A stretch of DNA of 33,577 bases from contig JAFVXS010000246.1 in NCBI GenBank assembly GCA_017501025.1, forward strand, positions 1 through 33,577, given 5' to 3'. Positions within the stretch are counted from its first letter, which is position 1. Each line of letters starts with the position of its first letter. Made by a program: the position numbers and the translations under genes. The stretch comes from Alistipes sp. (GTDB lineage: Bacteria; Bacteroidota; Bacteroidia; Bacteroidales; Rikenellaceae). Shown in pieces: positions 26,139 to 33,577 of this stretch. The notes below the pieces were generated by a model, which was not told where the DNA came from, searched no databases, and worked only from the letters and a program-made list of their open reading frames with translations.

Positions 26139-26182
26139 TGACCATCGCAACAAACCCGTACGAAGGAGGCAAAGAGCTTATA
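26139..26182 (+). repeat. Partial (right-arm) duplicate of element E2
   Basis: 41/44 identical to 26262-26305. Confidence 0.85.
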
Positions 26183-26191
26183 CCTCAACCC

Positions 26192-26317
26192 CTAAATCGA
26201 TTTTAGAAGAGGCTTTGCAACGCTCTCGGGATTGGGGCGGTGGGAGCATACTCTCTGTATGTGACCATCGCAGCAAACCCGTACGAAGGAAGCAAAGACC
26301 TTATAAAATCGATTTAG
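26192..26317. mobile_element. MITE-like long imperfect hairpin element E2 (126 bp)
   Basis: Perfect 14-bp terminal inverted repeat ctaaatcgatttta / taaaatcgatttag; nested stems around catac-tctct-gtatg; right end overlaps the dapD stop codon. Mobility is inferred. Confidence 0.65.
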
Positions 26318-27144
26318 ACAGATACTGCAAAATCCCTTAATGCCTCATTCAAAGTTGTCTTCTTATCGGTCGATTCTTTACGCTGACCAATAATAAGAGC
26401 ACAAGCAACATTGTAGGTACCACAAGGGAACTCTTTCGGATAAGTGCCTGCGATAACGACAGAGCGAGGTGGAACGTAGCCTTTATAAGTTACGGGTTCC
26501 GAGCCTGTTACATCGATAATATGAGTTGAGCCGGTGATTACCACATTCGAGCCGATAACCGCCTCGCGGCAGATATGAGCCCCCTCAACCACAATGGCAC
26601 GCGAGCCGATAAAGCAGTTGTCCTCGATAATTACGGGAGCAGCCTGCACAGGTTCCAAAACGCCACCGATACCTACTCCGCCCGAAAGATGCACATTTTT
26701 GCCGATTTGGGCACACGAGCCTACGGTTGCCCAAGTATCGACCATCGTACCGCGATCGACATAAGCACCGATATTGACATACGACGGCATCAAGACCACC
26801 GATGGCGCTATAAATGCTCCGTAACGAGCTACGGCGTGGGGCACTGCACGCACTCCGAGCTGATGGAAGTCGTGTTTCAGTTCCATTTTATCGTACCACT
26901 CCAACTCTCCCGCACGCATAGTACGCATCTTTTGGATAGGGAAGTAGAGAATTATCGCCTTCTTCACCCACTCATTCACCTGCCAAGAGCCATCGGCAAG
27001 CGGCTCGGCACATCGCAACACTCCCTTATCGACAGCCTCGACTACCCGACGAATTGCATCCTTAACATCGTCGCGTTCAAGCATTTCGCGATTTACCCAA
27101 GCCTGTTCGATAGTCTGTTGTAAGGTTAAAAATTTACTCTCCAT
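26314..27144 (-). CDS. dapD: Tetrahydrodipicolinate N-succinyltransferase
   Basis: WQVNEWVKKAIILYF, MPSYVNIGAYV, DTWATVGSCAQIGKNVHLSGGVGIGGVLEP, GYVPPRSVV. Start at ATG 27144 (MESKF). Confidence 0.96.
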   Translation of the reverse strand: MESKFLTLQQTIEQAWVNREMLERDDVKDAIRRVVEAVDKGVLRCAEPLADGSWQVNEWVKKAIILYFPIQKMRTMRAGELEWYDKMELKHDFHQLGVRAVPHAVARYGAFIAPSVVLMPSYVNIGAYVDRGTMVDTWATVGSCAQIGKNVHLSGGVGIGGVLEPVQAAPVIIEDNCFIGSRAIVVEGAHICREAVIGSNVVITGSTHIIDVTGSEPVTYKGYVPPRSVVIAGTYPKEFPCGTYNVACALIIGQRKESTDKKTTLNEALRDFAVSV

Positions 27145-27180
27145 ATTTTTATGCCTAAATAAATTACACGTCTCTTTGCA

Positions 27181-27229
27181 CAAAGATAGTTATTTTTTCT
27201 TAAAATTTATATAAATTTTAGTAACTTTG
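27181..27229. promoter_or_regulatory. Back-to-back divergent -7 promoter boxes for dapD (-, 27181-27188) and the peptidase operon (+, 27222-27229)
   Basis: caaagata (TATCTTTG on -) and TAACTTTG on +, with a 20-bp A/T palindrome between them. Confidence 0.65.
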
Positions 27230-27254
27230 CTCCGTTAAACCCATTTGAACGAGT

Positions 27255-29402
27255 ATGAAATTTAGACAAATTGCACTGATAGCCGCTATTATCGGCACCT
27301 GCTTCGTTGTCGGATACGGCATCGGCTACGTTATCGGAATGTGTATGAGAACAGAGATTGAATATCCGCAAACCGCCAAAGAGGAGGTTTCGGACAACTA
27401 CTTCGGCACTATCGTTGCCGACCCTTATCGCTGGTTGGAGGATGATACGAGCGAGCGTACTGCCGAGTGGGTACGTCAGCAGAATAAGGTTACGTTCGAC
27501 TATCTGGCAGATATCGATTGTCGCGACAAGATTCGCGACCGACTCACTGCATTGTTGGACTACCCTACGCAGAGTGCACCCGTAAAGAGTGGCGATTGGT
27601 ACTACATCTCCCGAAACAGCGGATTGCAGAATCAGAGCGTAATCTATCGTCGTCATTCGCTCGACGAGGGGTGTGAAGAGGAGGTATTTTTCGACCCTAA
27701 CACTCTCTCGGAGAACGGTACGGTGGCGTTGCACTCGGCTTCGTTTACCAAAGATGGCTCGCTATTCGCCTACTCGCTTGCATCGGCTGGCTCGGATTGG
27801 GTGGAGATTTTTGTGAAGGACACCAAGACGGGCGAGCTTCTCCCCGACCATATCAAGTGGGTGAAATTTTCGGGCGTTTCGTGGACAAAGGATGGCAAGG
27901 GCTTCTATTATAGTGCCTACGACGAGCCTTCGGGAGCTATGTATTCGGCTCAAAACACAAATCAGAAGGTGTATTTCCACCGCATAGGAACACAGCAAAA
28001 GGATGACAAACTAATTTTTGCAGACCCTGCAAATCCACTCCACTACCACTCGGGAGGTGCGAGCGAGGATGACCGCTGGGAGTTCATCCAATCATCGGCA
28101 GGCACTTCGGGCTCACAAATTCTCTACCGCAAAAAGGGCGTAGGTCGTTTCAAGGTCCTCTTCAAAGGGTGGGATTACGACTACTCTATTTTGGACTGCT
28201 ACGACGATGTGGCTCTTGTGATGACCAACGAGGGTGCCCCAAATTATCGTCTGTTGAGCATCAATCTGCGAACAAAGGAGATTAAGGAGGTTATTGCCGA
28301 GAGCGAGTCGTTGTTGGAGGGTGTCAGCACCGTAGGCGACTATCTCTTTGCACACTATCTGGTCGATGCCCAAAATCAGGTATTGCAGATGGATCGCAAC
28401 GGTCGTATCATTCGTGCCGTAGTGTTACCTATTATCGGCTCGGTGGGTGGTTTCGACGGCGAACGCGAGGATAAGGATTGCTACTACACCGTAACAAACT
28501 ACACCCCTCCGGGAAATATCTATCACTACGACATCGAGAGCGGCAAATCGACTCTCTATGCCCCATCGCAGGTGAAGTTCGACACTTCGAACTACGTTAC
28601 CGAGCAGATATTCTTCGAGAGCAAAGACAAGACCCGTATTCCGATGTTCGTGTCGCACAAAAAGGATATCAAACTCAATGGCAAAAACCCTTGCTACCTC
28701 TATGGTTACGGTGGTTTCCAAATCAGCCTTACGCCTTCATTCTCATCAGCTATGGCGGCATTTATGGAGCAGGGCGGCATCTATTGCGTAGTAAATCTGC
28801 GTGGCGGCAACGAGTATGGCGAGGCTTGGCATAAGGGAGGTATGTTGGAGAATAAGCAGAATGTGTTTGACGACTTTATCGCCGCTGCCGAACACCTTAT
28901 CGCAAAGGGTTATACCTCGTCGAAGAAGTTGGCTATCGCCGGAGGCTCGAACGGAGGTCTGCTGGTGGGTGCCTGTATGACACAACGTCCCGATCTCTAT
29001 GCCGTAGCCATTCCGCAGGTAGGCGTATTGGATATGTTGCGTTACCACCGCTTCACCATCGGACACGGCTGGGTGGTTGAGTATGGCTCGTCGGATGTCG
29101 AGGAGCAGTTCAACTATCTCATAAAGTACTCGCCACTCCACAACTTGCGTGAGGGTGTAGAGTACCCTGCAACCCTTATCACAACGGGCGACCACGACGA
29201 CCGTGTTGTTCCGGCTCACTCGTTCAAATTTGCAGCAACATTGCAAGCTGCACAGGCGGGCGAACGACCTACGCTTATCCGCATCGAGACCGACGCAGGT
29301 CACGGAGCGGGCAAACCTACACAGAAACGAATCGAAGAGATGAGCGATATCTTCGCCTTTATCTTCGAGAACACCGATACAAAATATCGCAAAATCGAGT
29401 AA
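27255..29402 (+). CDS. Prolyl oligopeptidase (S9A)
   Basis: VADPYRWLED, beta-propeller region, LYGYGGF, NLRGGNEYGEAWH; catalytic GGSNGG, HDDRV and GHGAG; hydrophobic N-terminal export or anchor segment. Confidence 0.95.
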   Translation: MKFRQIALIAAIIGTCFVVGYGIGYVIGMCMRTEIEYPQTAKEEVSDNYFGTIVADPYRWLEDDTSERTAEWVRQQNKVTFDYLADIDCRDKIRDRLTALLDYPTQSAPVKSGDWYYISRNSGLQNQSVIYRRHSLDEGCEEEVFFDPNTLSENGTVALHSASFTKDGSLFAYSLASAGSDWVEIFVKDTKTGELLPDHIKWVKFSGVSWTKDGKGFYYSAYDEPSGAMYSAQNTNQKVYFHRIGTQQKDDKLIFADPANPLHYHSGGASEDDRWEFIQSSAGTSGSQILYRKKGVGRFKVLFKGWDYDYSILDCYDDVALVMTNEGAPNYRLLSINLRTKEIKEVIAESESLLEGVSTVGDYLFAHYLVDAQNQVLQMDRNGRIIRAVVLPIIGSVGGFDGEREDKDCYYTVTNYTPPGNIYHYDIESGKSTLYAPSQVKFDTSNYVTEQIFFESKDKTRIPMFVSHKKDIKLNGKNPCYLYGYGGFQISLTPSFSSAMAAFMEQGGIYCVVNLRGGNEYGEAWHKGGMLENKQNVFDDFIAAAEHLIAKGYTSSKKLAIAGGSNGGLLVGACMTQRPDLYAVAIPQVGVLDMLRYHRFTIGHGWVVEYGSSDVEEQFNYLIKYSPLHNLREGVEYPATLITTGDHDDRVVPAHSFKFAATLQAAQAGERPTLIRIETDAGHGAGKPTQKRIEEMSDIFAFIFENTDTKYRKIE

Positions 29403-29410
29403 CACCACAG

Positions 29411-30667
29411 ATGAAAGTTTACAAATTCGGAGGTGCATCCGTAAAAGATGCAGCAGGAGTTCGCAACCTGCACAAGATTATCGAGGGCGAGAGCGAGTTG
29501 TTCGTCATCGTCTCGGCTATGGGCAAGACCACAAATGCTTTGGAGCGTGTCTTCGAGGCGTATCGTGACGGCAATATAGAGGCTGCAAAGGGCGAAATAG
29601 AGAGTATCACAGCCTATCATCAGGCGATTATCGACGACCTCTATGGCGAGCAACACACCATACCACAGGTGGAGTCACTGATTGCCGAGTTGCACCGTTT
29701 TATCGAGAGCGTGCCGTTCGACGCATCGCGTGCCGAGGAGCGTTACGACCGCACGGTGGCATTTGGCGAGCTTATCTCGACAACCATAATTTCGGAGTGG
29801 TTGGCATCAGTGGGCGTAGCAAACCATTGGATTGATATGCGACGCTGCTTTGTTACGCAGTTCCGCCACAAGGATGCAAATGTGCTGATGGATGAGTCGG
29901 CTCCGCTGTTGCGACGCGAGGTTGCAGGCTCTATGGCACGAGTATTTATCGGACAGGGTTTTATAGGCTCGGCAGCCGATGGCTCGACGACGACCCTCGG
30001 ACGTGAGGGCTCGGACTACTCGGCAGCAGTTGTAGCACATATTCTCGATGCCGAATCGATGACCGTATGGAAGGATGTTGCCGGTATTCTGAATGCCGAC
30101 CCAAAAATTTTTGAAGATGCAAAGAAGATAGACTTCCTCAACTACGTCGATACCATCGAGTTGGCTTACAGCGGTGCCCAGATTATCCACCCAAAGACCA
30201 TAAAGCCGCTCCAAAACAAGCAGATTCCGCTCTATGTCCGCCCATTTTCGGATAAGAGTGCCGCAGGTACACGCATCGATGCAGAGGCTGCGAATGTCAC
30301 CACACCGATTATCATCCTGAAACGCAACCAATCGCTCTTAACACTGCGTTCGCGTGACTTGTCGTTCGTGTTGGAGGAGCGATTCCCGATAGTATTTTCG
30401 ATTTTGGAGCGTTTCCGCATCAAGACCAACCTCATCCACAACACTGCGGTAGCGTTGAGTCTGTGTACCGAGGAGAGTTGGCACCTTACAGAGGCTGTTC
30501 AAGCATTGCAAGGCGAGGGTTTCGATGCGACAATCAATGCAAATGTCGAGCTGCTGACCATACACCACCACAATCCGGAGTGTTTGGCAAAGTATGCCGA
30601 ATCGGAGCGTAACCTTATCAGTCAGACAACACCCGAAACGGTGCGTATTGTACGAAGCAAAGAGTAG
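29411..30667 (+). CDS. lysC: Aspartate kinase
   Basis: KFGGASV, VSAMGKTTN, FGELIST, QGFIG, TLGREGSDYSAA, WKDV.G..NADP, GAQIIHP. Confidence 0.94.
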   Translation: MKVYKFGGASVKDAAGVRNLHKIIEGESELFVIVSAMGKTTNALERVFEAYRDGNIEAAKGEIESITAYHQAIIDDLYGEQHTIPQVESLIAELHRFIESVPFDASRAEERYDRTVAFGELISTTIISEWLASVGVANHWIDMRRCFVTQFRHKDANVLMDESAPLLRREVAGSMARVFIGQGFIGSAADGSTTTLGREGSDYSAAVVAHILDAESMTVWKDVAGILNADPKIFEDAKKIDFLNYVDTIELAYSGAQIIHPKTIKPLQNKQIPLYVRPFSDKSAAGTRIDAEAANVTTPIIILKRNQSLLTLRSRDLSFVLEERFPIVFSILERFRIKTNLIHNTAVALSLCTEESWHLTEAVQALQGEGFDATINANVELLTIHHHNPECLAKYAESERNLISQTTPETVRIVRSKE

Positions 30668-30676
30668 AGATATACG

Positions 30677-31579
30677 ATGTCGAACTACCACACACCCGTA
30701 CTGCTTAACGAAGCTATCGACCTGCTCAATATCAAGGGGGATGGCACCTACGTCGATTTGACATTCGGCGGAGGCGGTCACTCACGTGCCATATTGGAGC
30801 AGTTGGGTAGCAGTGGCAGACTTTACAGTTTCGACCAAGATAGCGACACAAAGGCAAATGCTCCCGATGATGAACGTTTCCACTACGTCGAGAGCAACTT
30901 CCGCTGGCTGCGTTCCGCCCTGCGACTACGTGGCGTAGAGCAGGTGGATGGCATATTGGCCGATTTGGGCGTATCGTCGCACCACTTCGATGCAGCGTGG
31001 CGAGGCTTCTCGTTCCGCAGCGATGCACCACTCGATATGCGAATGAATCAGCGTGGTGGCGAGAGTGCTGCCGATGTGGTAAACAATCGCTCGGAGGAGG
31101 AGTTGAGCGAAATCTTTGCCCAATATGGCGAGTTGCAGACAACGTGGAAGATAGCCTCGTGCATAGCCCGTAGTCGTGCCGTAGAGCCTATCCGCACAAC
31201 GCAGCAGTTGTGCCGTGCCGTCGAGCGTTGCACCCCAAAGCACGACGAGGCGAAGTTCCTCACAAAGCTCTTTCAGGCACTCCGCATCGAGGTCAATGGC
31301 GAGATGGAGGCTTTGAAGATGGCTCTCGAACAGAGTCTGAAAGTGTTGCGACCGGGCGGACGACTTGTTGTGATTGCATACCACTCGCTCGAAGACCGCA
31401 TCGTAAAGAACTTCCTGCGTAGCGGTAATACGGCAGGAGCCATAAAAGAGGACTTTTTCGGACGACGAGAAGTGCCTTTCGAGGTCATTACACGCAAAGC
31501 CGTTGTGCCGACAGCCGAAGAGATTGAACGCAACCCTCGTTCGCGTTCGGCAAAGATGCGTGCTGCCGAGAAACTTTAA
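30677..31579 (+). CDS. rsmH: 16S rRNA m4C1402 methyltransferase
   Basis: YHTPVLL, DLTFGGGGHS, LADLGVSS, RGFSF, PLDMRM, FQALRIEVNGE, YHSLEDR, NPRSRSAKMR. Confidence 0.97.
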   Translation: MSNYHTPVLLNEAIDLLNIKGDGTYVDLTFGGGGHSRAILEQLGSSGRLYSFDQDSDTKANAPDDERFHYVESNFRWLRSALRLRGVEQVDGILADLGVSSHHFDAAWRGFSFRSDAPLDMRMNQRGGESAADVVNNRSEEELSEIFAQYGELQTTWKIASCIARSRAVEPIRTTQQLCRAVERCTPKHDEAKFLTKLFQALRIEVNGEMEALKMALEQSLKVLRPGGRLVVIAYHSLEDRIVKNFLRSGNTAGAIKEDFFGRREVPFEVITRKAVVPTAEEIERNPRSRSAKMRAAEKL

Positions 31580-31596
31580 TCGATGAAAGAACAACT

Positions 31597-32100
31597 ATGA
31601 GCCGATACGACGATAACGAATTTTTGACCGACTCTGCCGAGGAGATTCGCGAACGTGAGCAGCAGGAGATAATCCGTCGCACCGTACGCGAAGAGATTGA
31701 CCGTATCGCCGCAGACGACACCGCATCGACAGATGATGAGGCGGAGGACGAGGCGGAGGCAGAGAGCAATACCCCAAAGTGGATTAGCACGCTTGGAGCA
31801 ATCTTCTCGGGCGAGATTTTGGTGCGTGAGCGTATGAAGGGCGGCTACAACTATCTGCTCTATATCGCAATGCTCTATCTGGCAGGTATCGTTATCATCT
31901 TCTCGTCGCTGCACCTCGAAATCACACGCAACCGCCTCGCCAAAGAGGTAGGTCTGCTACGCGAAAAGTCGTGGCGAATGACCGAAGAGCGAAATGCCCG
32001 CACCTCGCACTCGGCTATCGTTCGCAGTATCAAGGAGCGAGGGTTGGATTTGACCGACCCCAAAAAACCTATCACCATCGTAAAGGAGGAGGAGCGATGA
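31597..32100 (+). CDS. ftsL: FtsL-like cell division protein (Bacteroidota FtsL_2)
   Basis: Lies between rsmH and the PBP gene; single TM helix followed by a coiled coil; acidic N-terminal extension. Confidence 0.7.
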   Translation: MSRYDDNEFLTDSAEEIREREQQEIIRRTVREEIDRIAADDTASTDDEAEDEAEAESNTPKWISTLGAIFSGEILVRERMKGGYNYLLYIAMLYLAGIVIIFSSLHLEITRNRLAKEVGLLREKSWRMTEERNARTSHSAIVRSIKERGLDLTDPKKPITIVKEEER

Positions 32101-33577
32101 ACGAACTCAAAAAGCGGATACAGGCAGATATCATCGGCAGAATGAAGTGGATTCATCTGGCTTTGGTCCTCATCACCTTCGTCATCTTCGGACGATTGGT
32201 GTGGATTCAGTATGCCGACTCGACAATCGCCACCGTATCGGAGCGTCTGCACAAGAGTATTATCACGAAACGCACCGTACGCTCGCGACGTGGCTCGATA
32301 CTCTCACGCGACGGTCAGGTCTTGGCAACCTCCATATTCCGCAACTCCATCGCCATCGACTTCGGCAGCGAGGGTTTCGACAACACCGAGCGATTTCTGG
32401 ACGAGGCCGATTCGCTTGCAAAGATGTTGGAACGCCACTTCGGAGTACGCAAAGCGAAGGAGTACTTTGCACAGATGAAGTCGTTACAACGCTCTTCACG
32501 CAAGCAGATTGAGACAGGTACGACTACGGTTCGCTACTCGAAGGGCTTTTTCGAGGAGATGTTCGGCATTAAAAATTGCGACTCTGTAAAGAAATTATAC
32601 ACCACAAAACGCACCCACACCTCGACAAAACTATTTGGCGAGGTCGATGACAACGAGTGGGAGGTTCTCTCGACATATCCGATACTCAACGGCTCGCTCG
32701 GTACGGTGATGTTGCACGAGCGTATCGATTCGCGAATCTATCCGCAAGGCAATCTTGCCCGTCGTGTCATCGGACGCACCGACCGCAAAAGCCCATACGG
32801 TATCGAGTACGCCTATCGCGACTCGTTGGCGGGCGAAGATGGCTACGATTGGGTGCAGTATGTTGCCCGTAACTTCTACGCCACCTATACCGACCGAGAG
32901 CATCGTCCGAAGAGTGCCGTAAATGGTATGGACATCGTCACAACACTCGATATCGATGTTCAGGATGTTGCCGACAGAGCCTTGCGTGAATCGCTTGCAA
33001 AGCACGCCGGTATTTGGGGTACAACAATCGTTATGGAGTGTGCAACGGGCGATATTTTGGCAATGGTCAATCTGGAACGAGGAGCGGATGGCGAGTACTT
33101 CGAGGGTCGAAACTACGCTATCGGAGGACGTATGGAGCCCGGTTCGACCATAAAACTCGCTACGACAATCACGCTGCTCGACGATGCAAAGATGTCGCCG
33201 ATGAAACGGTATCACTCCGGTTTGGGAGGCATAGTGAAGGTTACGAACCATAGCAAAATACAGGATTCGCACCCTATCGGCAAGCCGACCAAGGGTCGCA
33301 TTACGCTCGAAACGGCATTTGCAGAGTCGGCAAACGTCTATTTTGCCAAAGCGGTGAACGAATACTACAAGGATAATCCGCAACGCTATGTCGATGCTCT
33401 GAAACGCCTGCACCTCCACGAGCGGGTCGGTTTCGAGGAGTTTGGCAGCGTACAGCCTCTGATGCCTTCGTACGAGAAGCGAATAAATTGGTCGGGCTCA
33501 ACACTCTGTCGTCTTGCCTACGGTTATGGTTTGGAGGTGACACCGCTCAACACCATAACGCTCTACAACGCCATAGC
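32097..33577 (+). CDS. ftsI: Class B penicillin-binding protein FtsI/PBP3, 3'-truncated by the window edge
   Basis: Not in the ORF track because it has no stop in the window. ATG 32097 overlaps the ftsL stop (ATGA). MNELKKRIQ..., TM helix, RRGSILSRDG, TTLDIDVQ, in-frame MEPGSTIK (SxxK, ATG 33132), ESANV (SxN), AYGYG. Confidence 0.9.
   Translation, partial: MNELKKRIQADIIGRMKWIHLALVLITFVIFGRLVWIQYADSTIATVSERLHKSIITKRTVRSRRGSILSRDGQVLATSIFRNSIAIDFGSEGFDNTERFLDEADSLAKMLERHFGVRKAKEYFAQMKSLQRSSRKQIETGTTTVRYSKGFFEEMFGIKNCDSVKKLYTTKRTHTSTKLFGEVDDNEWEVLSTYPILNGSLGTVMLHERIDSRIYPQGNLARRVIGRTDRKSPYGIEYAYRDSLAGEDGYDWVQYVARNFYATYTDREHRPKSAVNGMDIVTTLDIDVQDVADRALRESLAKHAGIWGTTIVMECATGDILAMVNLERGADGEYFEGRNYAIGGRMEPGSTIKLATTITLLDDAKMSPMKRYHSGLGGIVKVTNHSKIQDSHPIGKPTKGRITLETAFAESANVYFAKAVNEYYKDNPQRYVDALKRLHLHERVGFEEFGSVQPLMPSYEKRINWSGSTLCRLAYGYGLEVTPLNTITLYNAI

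Noticed and set aside
26139-26305. Possible mini-CRISPR (two 44-bp repeats), and likewise the 58-bp pair at 5945/6550
   Set aside because: Only two copies each, spacers of 79 and 547 bp, no cas genes, and both are explained as parts of hairpin elements.
25978-26340. ORFs 25978-26340 (+) and 25984-26172 (-) with LPKLPK / REFREF repeats
   Set aside because: They are translations of the frame-preserving 9-bp arrays and element E2. No family motifs; better explained as non-coding repeats.
384-33543. Many long antisense or alternate-frame ORFs (e.g. 384-1244, 7446-8276, 11215-12324, 23566-24567, 28746-29438, 32631-33419)
   Set aside because: They shadow well-supported conserved genes and lack motifs, as expected from codon-usage bias.

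Overview
Bacteroidota chromosomal DNA, most likely Rikenellaceae/Alistipes-like (inferred from TAnnTTTG promoters, DUF4290/DUF4296, FtsL_2 and the futalosine gene mqnE). It is mostly housekeeping genes: rbfA, a LolC/E-type permease, ygiQ, rluD, mqnE, an LptF/G permease, tgt, thyA, lpxH, an NtrC-type ATPase, a TonB receptor plus lipoprotein, nadC, an LTA-synthase-family sulfatase, mdh, gcvH, birA, dapD, a prolyl oligopeptidase, lysC and the start of the dcw cluster (rsmH-ftsL-ftsI). I saw no tRNA, rRNA, CRISPR array or intact transposase. The unusual material is intergenic. (1) A DUF559 nuclease gene is bracketed by three covarying REP-like double hairpins, two of them exact 58-bp direct repeats. 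(2) A four-copy modular repeat family has different 9-10-bp tandem arrays, most closed by short GC-rich inverted 'clamps', combined differently in each copy. (3) Two ~125-bp MITE-like long hairpins share an AGCATAC-N5-GTATGTGA core. (4) A structured leader lies upstream of the DUF4290 gene, and there are several operator-like palindromes. All alignments were read by eye; no computation or database search was run.
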